The notes below the pieces were generated by a model. That model saw only the letters and a list, made by a program, of their open reading frames with translations. It had not been told where the DNA came from and made no database searches. A stretch of DNA of 64,000 bases, from contig DATKBR010000004.1 in the NCBI GenBank assembly GCA_035513775.1, positions 469 to 64,468 on the forward strand. The letters run 5' to 3'. Positions within the stretch are counted from its first letter, which is position 1; each line of letters starts with the position of its first letter. The position numbers and the translations under genes are program-made. Source of the DNA: Candidatus Limnocylindria bacterium (GTDB taxonomy: Bacteria > Chloroflexota > Limnocylindria > Limnocylindrales > CSP1-4). Below, piece by piece: positions 1-11,256 of this stretch.

Positions 1-383
1 TTGCTCACCTCGGAGAACTGGAAGTCGAGCCCGGCGACCGTCACCGACATCTGCGCGCCGAACAGGTTGGTGCCGATGAGCATGGTGAGCGTCAGCAGCC
101 CCAGCACGACCAGGTAGATCGGCGCGGCCAGGGTGCGCAGCCAGTGGTAGTCGACGCTGGAGGCGACGAAGAAGAGGGTGAGGCCGATGGCTGCCCAGAT
201 CACCGTCTTCACCGTCTGCGACGTGCCGTCGGTCGCGCCGGCATCGGTGTTGAAGGCCGCCGAGTAGCCCATGACGACGCCGACGGTGATGAGGAGCAGC
301 ACGTACAGCAGCAGCTGAAGGTCGAAGTGCCGCCAGTCGCGGGCCCTGACGCTGTCGACGAGTGTTGCGGTCGCGACGCCCAT
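1..383 (-). CDS. rodA: SEDS-family peptidoglycan polymerase RodA, N-terminal part (3' end runs off the window start)
   Basis: My own translation of the minus strand from ATG (cat at 381-383) gives MGVATATLVDSVRARDWRHFDLQLLLYVLLLITVGVVMGYSA..., a multi-TM FtsW/RodA-like N-terminus. It begins 4 nt after the PBP2 stop, the classic mrdA-rodA pairing. Confidence 0.75.
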   Translation of the reverse strand, partial: MGVATATLVDSVRARDWRHFDLQLLLYVLLLITVGVVMGYSAAFNTDAGATDGTSQTVKTVIWAAIGLTLFFVASSVDYHWLRTLAAPIYLVVLGLLTLTMLIGTNLFGAQMSVTVAGLDFQFSEVS

Positions 384-386
384 CGG

Positions 387-2300
387 TCAGTTCGCCGTCA
401 CGAGGCTGAAGTCGTTCGGATCCAGCCGGAGATCCTGGTCGAGCTCGTAATGGAGCTGGAGGAAGTACTTCACGACCTCGGCCGAGACGTTGCCGGGCAC
501 GACCGCCGAGTAGTTGAAGCTGAGGACGGCCAGCTCGGCGTCGGTGGCGCCGGCGGCCGACGGCAGGTACGCGACGAACCAGGAATGGAAGGGGAGCGTG
601 CCGCCCTCGGTCAGCTCGCCGAACTCCGCCGTCCCGGTCTTGCCCGACAGCGCCCCCGGCAGGTCGAGGTCGCGGATGTTGTAGGCGTGCCCCGAGGTGA
701 TGACCTCGCGCGCGCCGATGCGCATCGTGTGGAGCGTCGACGGATCCGCGTCGATGGCGTGGATGCGCTCCGGCTCGAACTCGCGCACCAGCCGGCCGGT
801 GGCATCGGTTTCGCCGCGCACGATCATCGGGCGCATGAGGTTGCCGCCGTTGGCCACCGCGGCATAGGCGTTGAGGACCTGCAGCGGCGTGACCGCGATG
901 ACGTTCTGCCCGATCCCGGCCTGTGCCAGCTCACCGGTGAAGACGCCCGAGCGCCCCTGCTGCCGCGCCCACTCGGTGCTGGCGATGATCCCCGGCTCCT
1001 CCCCCGGCAGCCGGATCCCCGACCGCGCACCGAAGCCGAGCTCGTAGGCCCACTCCGCCAGCGGGTCGATCCCGGTGCCGATGGCCATCTGGTAGAAGAA
1101 CGTGTCCGATGACTTGGCGAAGGCGTCGACCATGTCGAGCGGCCCGAAGCCCTGGCGGTTCCAGTCGTAGAGGCACTCCCCCTCGGGCGCGCCCGGAATC
1201 TGGTAGCACCCGTACGTCGGCCACTGCCGGCTCGCGGTCGTGACCCCCTCCTCGAGGGCCGCGATCGCGGTGACGAGCTTGTAGGTCGAACCGGGCGGAT
1301 AGATGTCGGCGATCGCATGGTTGCGCAGCGGACGGTCCGGATCGGTGAGGTAGACGTCGAAGTCGTCGGTGCTGATGCCGCGCGCGAACAGGTTGTTGTC
1401 ATAGGCGGGCAACGAGACCATGGCGAGGATCTCGCCGGTCTGCGGGTTCATCACGATCGTCACACCCTGGCTGACGCCGGCCACGTCCATGCCCCAGGTG
1501 AGCGCCGTCTCGGCCAGCCGCTGGACGTCGGCGTCGATCGTCAGCATGAGGTTGGTCCCGGGCTCCGGCTCGCGGATCGTCTCGATGACCTCCTGGAGGC
1601 GGCCGGAGGCGTCGCGCTCGACGAGCCGCGCGCCATAGGTGCCACGCAGCTCGCTCTCGAACGAGGCTTCGATGCCCGTCTTGCCGATGACGTCGTCGCG
1701 CAGGTAGCCGCTCGATGGCCGAGCCTCGAGCTCGTCGCGGCTGATCGGCCCGCTGTAGCCGAGGATGTGGGCCAGCAGCTCCCCGTTCGCCGCTCCACGT
1801 TCGTCGAGGTACTCCCGCACGGCGTCCACCTCGACGACGACTCCCGGCAGGGACTCGGACTCCTCGCCGATGATCAGCGCCGCTTCACGGTCCACGCCGC
1901 GCAGGACCGGGACGAGGTCGAACGGCGAGCCCTGGAAGGCGCTCAGCCGCGCGTCGAGGACGGAGGCTCGAACACCTGTCAGGCGGGCGACGCGGGCGAG
2001 GACACGGCGGCGATCGTGTTCCGGGAGATCGGCCGGGCGCACCTTCACCGTCCACGAAGGCGTGTTCACGGCCACCGCCCGGCCCTGCCGATCGAAGACC
2101 AGGCCACGCGGCGCGGGGATCGGGACCTCGACCGTCCGGTCCGCGGCGGCGCGCCGGGCGTAATCCTCGCCGCCGAGCACCTGGAGCTGGAAGAGCCGGC
2201 CACCCAGCGCGGCAAAGACCAGCATCGCGGCCACGCTGAACGCGATGAAGCGGGCCCGCGAGCGCCGCAGGTCGACGCGGCCGTCGTTCAGGTCGGCCAT
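387..2300 (-). CDS. mrdA: Penicillin-binding protein 2 (elongasome class B transpeptidase)
   Basis: 637-aa ORF with an N-terminal TM anchor (FIAFSVAAMLVFAALGG). SxxK motif present (PPGSTYKLVTA), KTG motif present (LSGKTGTAEF). Sits between mreD and rodA. Confidence 0.9.
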   Translation of the reverse strand: MADLNDGRVDLRRSRARFIAFSVAAMLVFAALGGRLFQLQVLGGEDYARRAAADRTVEVPIPAPRGLVFDRQGRAVAVNTPSWTVKVRPADLPEHDRRRVLARVARLTGVRASVLDARLSAFQGSPFDLVPVLRGVDREAALIIGEESESLPGVVVEVDAVREYLDERGAANGELLAHILGYSGPISRDELEARPSSGYLRDDVIGKTGIEASFESELRGTYGARLVERDASGRLQEVIETIREPEPGTNLMLTIDADVQRLAETALTWGMDVAGVSQGVTIVMNPQTGEILAMVSLPAYDNNLFARGISTDDFDVYLTDPDRPLRNHAIADIYPPGSTYKLVTAIAALEEGVTTASRQWPTYGCYQIPGAPEGECLYDWNRQGFGPLDMVDAFAKSSDTFFYQMAIGTGIDPLAEWAYELGFGARSGIRLPGEEPGIIASTEWARQQGRSGVFTGELAQAGIGQNVIAVTPLQVLNAYAAVANGGNLMRPMIVRGETDATGRLVREFEPERIHAIDADPSTLHTMRIGAREVITSGHAYNIRDLDLPGALSGKTGTAEFGELTEGGTLPFHSWFVAYLPSAAGATDAELAVLSFNYSAVVPGNVSAEVVKYFLQLHYELDQDLRLDPNDFSLVTAN

Positions 2301-2304
2301 CGGC

Positions 2305-2772
2305 TCACCAGGCTCCGGCCTCCTCGACCGCGTAGCGCGCCGCGATCGCTCGGGCCGGGACGACGACGATGGCGCAGATCACGGCATTGAGGACGGCCGC
2401 GGCGAGGATGATGTCGCCGGGAAGCTCGGAGACGACCGCATCGCCGACGAGCTGGCCCAGCCCGATGAGGAGGAGATCGGCCACGATCGACCCGGCGAAG
2501 GCCGCGAGCACGGGGTAGACCAGCGGAACGCGGCCGATGACGCGCGCCCCACCGGCGGTCATCGCGGCCACGACGAGCATCGCGAGCGGGATCGATCCGA
2601 GCGGCTCGCCGACGAGCAGGTTGGCGGTCAGTCCGGCGACGAACGCCCACGTGATGCCGGGGAGAAATCCACCGAACGCGGTGACGAGGACGACGGCGAC
2701 CAGCACGAGATTCGGCTTCACCCCGCCCACCACGATGACCGGGGCGATCGCCGCATGGACGATGCCCATCAC
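2305..2772 (-). CDS. mreD: Rod shape-determining protein MreD-like small polytopic membrane protein
   Basis: 155-aa, about 5 TM segments, ends 5 nt upstream of the mrdA start. No mreB or mreC lies upstream in this window, so the call rests on position, size and topology. Confidence 0.55.
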   Translation of the reverse strand: MMGIVHAAIAPVIVVGGVKPNLVLVAVVLVTAFGGFLPGITWAFVAGLTANLLVGEPLGSIPLAMLVVAAMTAGGARVIGRVPLVYPVLAAFAGSIVADLLLIGLGQLVGDAVVSELPGDIILAAAVLNAVICAIVVVPARAIAARYAVEEAGAW

Positions 2773-2891
2773 GACCGCCAGGAGTGGACCGACGTAGCTG
2801 ATACCGAGCCCCCGAGGTGCGTCCGACCGACAGCCACGAGTATACGGGCGAGCGGGTTTTCCACGGGCGGCCGGCTCGCGACGCGTGGCGA

Positions 2892-2907
2892 CGATCCACG
2901 TGAAACA
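2892..2907. promoter_or_regulatory. parS-like ParB binding site
   Basis: CGATCCACGTGAAACA against consensus TGTTTCACGTGAAACA: the right half matches 8/8, the left half 5/8 (13/16 overall). It lies 110 nt upstream of parA. Confidence 0.55.
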
Positions 2908-2910
2908 TCA

Positions 2911-2919
2911 TGTGGATAA
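2911..2919. promoter_or_regulatory. Perfect DnaA box (TGTGGATAA = reverse complement of TTATCCACA)
   Basis: 9/9 match read directly. Two weaker boxes are nearby: TTTTCCACG at 2857-2865 (7/9) and CGATCCACG at 2892-2900 (6/9), the latter occupying the left half of the parS-like 16-mer. Confidence 0.6.
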
Positions 2920-2975
2920 CTCTGCCGGCCCGGCCCCGCGCCAACCGCGCGATAAGCGCCTGATAAGCCGAAAAC

Positions 2976-2984
2976 TGGTAGAAT
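2976..2984 (+). promoter_or_regulatory. Extended -10 promoter element TGGTAGAAT for the parA operon
   Basis: TGn+TAGAAT lies 34 nt upstream of the parA GTG, in a locally AT-richer stretch. Confidence 0.45.
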
Positions 2985-3018
2985 GGCGGGGCCCATCTGA
3001 ACTCGCAGCGGAGCGCTC

Positions 3019-3780
3019 GTGGTCCGGGTCACGGCCTGCACAAACCAGAAGGGCGGCGTCGGCAAGACGACCACGGTGATCAACCTGGCGGCCTACCTCG
3101 CTCTCTCCGGTACGCGAACCCTCGTCATCGATCTGGACCCACAGGGCAACGCCACGAGCGGCCTGGGGGTCGACCGACGCACCGTCGAACGATCCACGTA
3201 CGATGCCCTCATCGATCGCGCACCGATCAACGAGCTCGTGGTGGAGACGTCGATGCCCGGCCTCGACCTCGTGCCATCGGCCCCGGCGCTGTCGGGGGCG
3301 GAGGTGGAGCTGGTTGGCATGACGGCGCGCGAGCACCGCTTGTCGGCCAGCTTGGCCGAGCTGGATGGGCGATACGAGCGCGTCCTGATCGACTGCCCGC
3401 CGTCGCTCGGGCTGCTGACACTGAACGCATTGACCGCCGCGGATGGGGTCCTGATCCCGATCCAGACCGAGTACTACGCCCTGGAGGGCCTGAGCCAGCT
3501 GGTGAACACCATCCGACGCGTCCGCGAAGGGCTGAACCCGCGCCTCGAGATCGACGGCGTGCTGCTGACCATGTACGACGCACGGACCAACCTCTCGGCC
3601 CAGGTCGCCTCCGAGGTGCGCCGCCACATGAACGGCACCGTGTACCACACGGTGGTCCCACGCTCCGTCCGCCTCTCCGAGGCACCGAGCCACGGCCTGC
3701 CGATCGCGCTCTACGACCCCGCCTCACGGGGCGCCGACGCGTATCGCGAGCTCGCCGGGGAGGTCGCCGCACGTGGCTAG
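3019..3780 (+). CDS. parA: Chromosome partitioning ATPase ParA/Soj
   Basis: Deviant Walker A (NQKGGVGKTTT) and a ParA-like sequence throughout. Overlaps parB by 8 nt. Confidence 0.92.
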   Translation: MVRVTACTNQKGGVGKTTTVINLAAYLALSGTRTLVIDLDPQGNATSGLGVDRRTVERSTYDALIDRAPINELVVETSMPGLDLVPSAPALSGAEVELVGMTAREHRLSASLAELDGRYERVLIDCPPSLGLLTLNALTAADGVLIPIQTEYYALEGLSQLVNTIRRVREGLNPRLEIDGVLLTMYDARTNLSAQVASEVRRHMNGTVYHTVVPRSVRLSEAPSHGLPIALYDPASRGADAYRELAGEVAARG

Positions 3781-4687
3781 CACCCCGGCCCGCGGGGCGC
3801 GCAGCTTCGGCCTCGGACGGGGTCTCGACGCGCTGATCCCCAACAACCGCGAGGAGCGCGGCGTGCTCGAGATCGCGCTCGACCGCATCGGCCGCAACCC
3901 GAACCAGCCGCGCACGGCGTTCGGCGAGGAGCAGCTCGGCGAGCTGGCAGCCTCGATCGCGGTGCACGGCATTCTCCAGCCGATCGTGGTCCGCGCCCTG
4001 GCCGACGGCAGCTACGAGCTCATCGCCGGTGAGCGACGGCTGCGGGCCGCCCGCATCGCCGGGCTCGAGACCGTTCCCGCCATCCTCCGCGACACGGCGG
4101 ACGCGGAGACGAGCCTCGAGCTGGCGCTCATCGAGAACATCCAGCGCGAGAACCTCAACCCGATCGAGACGGCACTCGCCTACCGCGAGCTCATCGATCG
4201 CTTCGGGCTGACCCACGAAGCGGTTGCTCGCCAGGTGGGCAAGAGCCGCGTGGCGGTGAGCAACGCGCTGCGCCTCCTCGAGCTCGCGCCCGAGACGCGC
4301 CAGGCGATCGTGGAGGGGCGCATCAGCGAGGGCCACGGCAGGGCGCTGGCGGCCATCACCATCCCCGAGCTCCAGCGGGCGGCCCTCGCCGTCGTGCTCG
4401 AGCGCGGCCACTCGGTGCGCCAGACCGAGGAGCTCGTCCGTCGGAAGCGCGCCGAGCGGCCGTCACGCGAGCGCGCGACCCTGAGCCACGATCTCCAGGA
4501 CGTGGAGGCCCAGCTGCGCGGCATGCTCGCCACCAAGGTGGGGATCCAGCGCACGCGCCGCGGCGGCCGGCTCGTCATCGACTTCTACTCGGACGAGGAG
4601 CTCGACCGCCTGTACTCGATCATCACCCGCGGTGCGGCAGCCGGCCCCGGCGCCCCATCGGCCCATCCTGACCACGAGGTTGCCTGA
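3773..4687 (+). CDS. parB: Chromosome partitioning protein ParB/Spo0J
   Basis: N-terminal GLGRGLDALIP box, ParB box (IVVR...YELIAGERRLRAA) and an HTH region (LTHEAVARQVGKSRVAVSNALRLL). Confidence 0.92.
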   Translation: MASTPARGARSFGLGRGLDALIPNNREERGVLEIALDRIGRNPNQPRTAFGEEQLGELAASIAVHGILQPIVVRALADGSYELIAGERRLRAARIAGLETVPAILRDTADAETSLELALIENIQRENLNPIETALAYRELIDRFGLTHEAVARQVGKSRVAVSNALRLLELAPETRQAIVEGRISEGHGRALAAITIPELQRAALAVVLERGHSVRQTEELVRRKRAERPSRERATLSHDLQDVEAQLRGMLATKVGIQRTRRGGRLVIDFYSDEELDRLYSIITRGAAAGPGAPSAHPDHEVA

Positions 4688-7187
<2,500 letters not shown>

Positions 7188-7206
7188 ACGTGAGGAGCCG
7201 CCAACC

Positions 7207-9807
7207 GTGATCGACGACCCGGGCAACCAGGGCAACGTTCGCAGCGTGCGCATCGAGGACGAGATGAAGGTCTCGTACCTCGACTACGCGATGAGCGTCA
7301 TCGTGTCGCGTGCGCTGCCCGACGTGCGCGACGGGCTGAAGCCGGTCCACCGCCGGGTCCTGTACACGATGGGTGAGATGGGGCTCTCGGCTACGAGCTC
7401 CTATCGCAAGTGCGCCGCGATCGTCGGCGAGGTAATGGGCAAGTACCACCCGCACGGCGACGTGGCCCTGTACGACGCGCTCGTGCGGCTTGCCCAGGAC
7501 TTCTCGCTGCGCTACCCGCTGGTCGACGGCCAGGGCAACTTCGGCTCGGTCGATGGCGACGCGCCGGCGGCCATGCGCTACACGGAAGCCCGGCTCACCG
7601 CGATGGCCGTCGAGATGCTCGCCGACATCGACAAGGAGACGGTCGACTACGAGGAGAACTACGACGGCACGCAGCAGCAGCCGAGCGTGCTGCCGGCGAA
7701 GCTTCCGAACCTCCTCATCAACGGCTCGTCCGGCATCGCCGTCGGGATGGCGACGAACATCCCGCCCCATCACCTTGGCGAGATCGTGGACGCCACGATC
7801 GCCCTGATCGACGACCCCGAGATCACCACGGACGACCTGTGCCAGCACGTCACCGGGCCGGACTTTCCGACCGGCGGCACGATCTTCCGCTTCGAACGCC
7901 AGCGCAACACCATCAGCGGCGACTGGGAGACGATCGACGCGATCCGCCAGATGTACGCCCACGGCCGCGGGCGCGTGGTCATGCGCGCCCAGTGCGCCTT
8001 TGAAGAAGTGCGCGGCGACCGGATCGCGATCATCGTCACCGAACTGCCGTACCAGGTGAACAAGGCGTCGCTCCTGGAGAAGATCGCCGACCTGGTCAAG
8101 GACAAGAAGATCGACGGGATCTCGGACCTGCGCGACGAGTCGGACCGCGACGGCATGCGCATGTACATCGAGATCAAGCGCGATGCCAACCCGCACAAGG
8201 TGCTGAACAACCTGTTCAAGCACACCCAGCTCCAGGCGACCTTCAACACGAACATGCTCGCCCTGGTCGACGGGCAGCCCCAGACCCTGCCGCTCAAGTC
8301 TGTGCTGGCCCACCACGTGGAGCACCGGCGCGAGATCGTCCGGCGTCGCACCGAGTTCGACCTCGGCAAGGCGCGGGACCGGGCACACATCCTCGAGGGC
8401 CTCAAGAAGGCGCTCGACAACCTCGACGCCGTGATCAAGACGATCCGCGAGTCGGCGGACACGGAGGCCGCCAAGAACAACCTGATGAGCCGCTTCGACC
8501 TGTCCGATCGACAGGCCCAGGCCATCCTGGACATGCGGCTCGCGCGCCTCGCCGCCCTCGAGCGCAAGAAGATCGAGGACGAGTACCTGGCGGTGATCCA
8601 GGAGATCGCCGAGCTGGAGGACATCCTCGCCAACCCGGCCCGCGTGCTCTCGATCATCAAGGACGAGCTGCGCGAGATGAAGCGCAAGTACGCCGGCGAG
8701 CGGCGCACCCGCGTCCAGGACGACTCATCGCGCGAGCTCACCGACGAGGACCTGATCGCGGACGAGGACGTCGTCGTGACGATCAGCCAGCGCGGCTACA
8801 TCAAGCGCCAGCCGGTGGGGACGTATCGCCGCCAGCATCGCGGTGGCAAGGGGATCATCGGCCACGTCACCCGCGAGGAGGACGCGGTCGAGCACCTGCT
8901 CGTCGCGAACACCCATGACTGGGCCCTGTTCTTCACGAACCGCGGTCGCGTGTTCTCGGCCAAGGTCCACGCCATCCCCGACGCGTCCCGACAGGCGAAG
9001 GGCCTGCCGATCATCAACATGCCGGGCGTCCAGGTCGAGGCCGGCGAGGTGCCGGTCGCGACCATCACGCTGCCGGAGTTCGCCGCGGGGTCATACCTGG
9101 TGCTGGCGACGAGGCGGGGCAAGATCAAGAAGACCCCGCTCGAGCAGTTCGAGCGAGTCCGCTCCACCGGCATCCGGGCGATCAACCTCGACGAGAAGGA
9201 CGAGCTTGCGTGGGTCGACGTCTCGTCGGGCGAGGACGACGTCATCATCGCCACCGCACAGGGCATGCTCGCCCGGTTCTCCGAGGCCGAGGTCCGGGCG
9301 ATGGGCCGGGACGCCGGCGGTGTGATCGGCATCCGCCTCCTGAAGAAGGAGGGCGACGAGGTCGTCGCCATGAGCGTCGTCCAGCCCGGCGCGGACCTGC
9401 TCGTGCTCAGCGAGACCGGCTACGGCAAGCGCGTCGGGATCGAGGAGTTCCGGCGCAAGCACCGCGGCGGCCAGGGCGTGAAGCTGATCTCGCTCGAGGG
9501 GAAGAAGACGGGCCTCGTGGCGGCGGTCCAGCAGGTTACGGAGCTCGACGAGGAGCTCGTGCTGATCTCGGCGCAGGGCCAGGTCGTCCGCACCGAGCTC
9601 GACACCGTGAACCACTATTCGCCGCAGGCGCGCGGCGTCATCGTCATGCGCCTGAACGAAGGCGATCGCGTCGTTGGAATCGCGGCATTCCGGCCGGGGC
9701 TGGCGGAAGGGCGCGAGAGCGACGACAATGACGCCCCGGATGCGGGTCCGGGCGGCGGCGGCTCTTCCGGCGACGTCCCCCGCGGCGGTCCGGGGGCCGG
9801 CGCTTGA
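7207..9807 (+). CDS. gyrA: DNA gyrase subunit A
   Basis: [27 protein letters not shown], the active-site Tyr region [10 protein letters not shown], and a C-terminal beta-pinwheel followed by a Gly/Asp-rich tail. Confidence 0.97.
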   Translation: MIDDPGNQGNVRSVRIEDEMKVSYLDYAMSVIVSRALPDVRDGLKPVHRRVLYTMGEMGLSATSSYRKCAAIVGEVMGKYHPHGDVALYDALVRLAQDFSLRYPLVDGQGNFGSVDGDAPAAMRYTEARLTAMAVEMLADIDKETVDYEENYDGTQQQPSVLPAKLPNLLINGSSGIAVGMATNIPPHHLGEIVDATIALIDDPEITTDDLCQHVTGPDFPTGGTIFRFERQRNTISGDWETIDAIRQMYAHGRGRVVMRAQCAFEEVRGDRIAIIVTELPYQVNKASLLEKIADLVKDKKIDGISDLRDESDRDGMRMYIEIKRDANPHKVLNNLFKHTQLQATFNTNMLALVDGQPQTLPLKSVLAHHVEHRREIVRRRTEFDLGKARDRAHILEGLKKALDNLDAVIKTIRESADTEAAKNNLMSRFDLSDRQAQAILDMRLARLAALERKKIEDEYLAVIQEIAELEDILANPARVLSIIKDELREMKRKYAGERRTRVQDDSSRELTDEDLIADEDVVVTISQRGYIKRQPVGTYRRQHRGGKGIIGHVTREEDAVEHLLVANTHDWALFFTNRGRVFSAKVHAIPDASRQAKGLPIINMPGVQVEAGEVPVATITLPEFAAGSYLVLATRRGKIKKTPLEQFERVRSTGIRAINLDEKDELAWVDVSSGEDDVIIATAQGMLARFSEAEVRAMGRDAGGVIGIRLLKKEGDEVVAMSVVQPGADLLVLSETGYGKRVGIEEFRRKHRGGQGVKLISLEGKKTGLVAAVQQVTELDEELVLISAQGQVVRTELDTVNHYSPQARGVIVMRLNEGDRVVGIAAFRPGLAEGRESDDNDAPDAGPGGGGSSGDVPRGGPGAGA

Positions 9808-9817
9808 TCGGGCGACC

Positions 9818-10960
9818 GTGAGCGCCGGGTTCGGTCGGCTGGAGGACTCGCCCGTGTACGCGGACCAGTTCCAGATCTACACCGGCAACGCGAACCGCGA
9901 CCTCGCAGAGAAGATCTGCCGCTACATCGGCAGCGAGATCGGCGACGCCGAGGTGTTCGAGTTCGCGAACGAGAACATCTTCGTCAGGATCATGGAGAAC
10001 GTCCGCGAGAAGGACGTCTTCATCGTCCAGCCCACGTGCAGCCCCGTGAACAAGTCGATCATGGAGCTCCTGATCATGATCGATGCGTTCAAGCGCGCGT
10101 CGGCGGGGCGCATCACGGCGGTGGTGCCGTACTACGCCTACGGTCGCTCGGACAAGAAGGACCAGCCGCGCGTGCCGATCACGGCGCGGCTCGTCGCCGA
10201 CATGATCTCGGTCGCTGGCGCCGACCGGATGCTGACGATGGACCTCCACCAGGGCCAGATCCAGGGCTTCTTCAACATCCCTGTCGACGAGCTGACCGCG
10301 GTCCACATCCTGTCGAACTACTTCAAGCACAAGCACCTCGAGGACCTCGTGGTCGTGACCGACCTCGGGTTCGCCAAGCGCGCGCGGACGTTTGCGGAGC
10401 TGCTGGACGCGCCCCTCGCGATCATCGAGAAGCGGCGTGTCGGCAACCTCGATCGGGCCGAGCTCCTGAACGTCATCGGCGAGGTCCGCGGCAAGCGCGC
10501 GATCATCGTGGACGACGAGGTTGATACCGCGGGCACGCTCATCGAGACCGTCAACGCCCTCGCGCGTGAGGGCGTCACCGAGATCTACGCCTGTGCGACC
10601 CACGGCGTGCTGTCGGGCGCAGCGGTGGATCGCATCGCCGACTCCGCCCTGCGCGAGCTGGTCCTGACGGACACCGTGCCGCTCCCGGCGGGCAAGCAAA
10701 TCCCCAAGATCACGACGCTGTCGATCGCGCCGCTCATCGGCGAGGCGATCAAGCGCATTCACCGCGGCGAATCCGTGGGCGCGCTGTTCTCCAGCGAGGT
10801 CGCGTTCACCCAGGAGATGCTCCTGTGGGAGGACGGCATCGCGCGCAAGCTCGACATCCGGATCCAGCCGGGCGAGGGCGAGGACGGGCCTGTCGGCGAC
10901 GAACCAACCGATTTATCGTTGCTGGCGGCGTCCGGCGCCGCCGAAGGTGAGAATCGATGA
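9818..10960 (+). CDS. prs: Ribose-phosphate pyrophosphokinase (PRPP synthetase)
   Basis: The frame of ORF 9674..10960 matches Prs from QIYTGNANRDLAEKI onward; the PRPP loop is AIIVDDEVDTAGT. I chose GTG 9818, the first start after the gyrA stop (GTG 9854 is the alternative). About 55 aa of C-terminal extension. Confidence 0.88.
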   Translation: MSAGFGRLEDSPVYADQFQIYTGNANRDLAEKICRYIGSEIGDAEVFEFANENIFVRIMENVREKDVFIVQPTCSPVNKSIMELLIMIDAFKRASAGRITAVVPYYAYGRSDKKDQPRVPITARLVADMISVAGADRMLTMDLHQGQIQGFFNIPVDELTAVHILSNYFKHKHLEDLVVVTDLGFAKRARTFAELLDAPLAIIEKRRVGNLDRAELLNVIGEVRGKRAIIVDDEVDTAGTLIETVNALAREGVTEIYACATHGVLSGAAVDRIADSALRELVLTDTVPLPAGKQIPKITTLSIAPLIGEAIKRIHRGESVGALFSSEVAFTQEMLLWEDGIARKLDIRIQPGEGEDGPVGDEPTDLSLLAASGAAEGENR

Positions 10961-11217
10961 GCCTGCAGCTCCACCGCCCCGACGAGCGGGGTGTCCTAAA
11001 GCCGGAGCCCGGCGCTGCGCCGGACTACCGCGAGCAGCTCCGCTCGCCGCGCTGGGGCCTTGCGTTGCGTGGCGGCCGCTTGCCGGCCTTCCGGAACCCC
11101 GAGATGCGCCCGACCTCGCGGCTCGTCGCCGTCATGTTCTGGGCCGGCCTCGCATTTGCCACGTTCGTCCTGCTCGTGCTCGGCTACGGGATCGGTTTCT
11201 GGAACTTCCCCGCCTGA
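10957..11217 (+). CDS. Hypothetical small membrane protein (one C-terminal TM)
   Basis: 86-aa ORF with an ATGA overlap onto the prs stop, high GC3, and a TM segment (LVAVMFWAGLAFATFVLLVLGYGI). Confidence 0.5.
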   Translation: MSLQLHRPDERGVLKPEPGAAPDYREQLRSPRWGLALRGGRLPAFRNPEMRPTSRLVAVMFWAGLAFATFVLLVLGYGIGFWNFPA

Positions 11218-11241
11218 CGCTAGCCCGCGGGGGCTGCCACC

Positions 11242-11247
11242 TATACT
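11242..11247 (+). promoter_or_regulatory. -10-like TATACT placed 9 nt before the secA ATG (leaderless or near-leaderless geometry)
   Basis: Reads TATACT tcacggtcc ATG. There is no SD between them and no convincing -35. Confidence 0.35.
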
Positions 11248-11256
11248 TCACGGTCC

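Noticed and set aside
144-2390. Long plus-strand ORFs (144..1112 and 1317..2390) opposite mrdA. Similar antisense or off-frame ORFs occur throughout: 4775..6304, 7093..8388, 12016..14298, 15303..16913, 16901..18835, 37066..39297, 45939..47870, 46958..49510, 49659..51677, 59714..61735, and the first ~550 codons of 61578..63938.
   Set aside because: Their translations are Arg/Ala/Gly/Pro-rich low-complexity strings with no motifs. Each lies opposite, or out of frame with, a gene that has unmistakable conserved motifs. Stop-codon scarcity in very GC-rich DNA produces such shadow ORFs.
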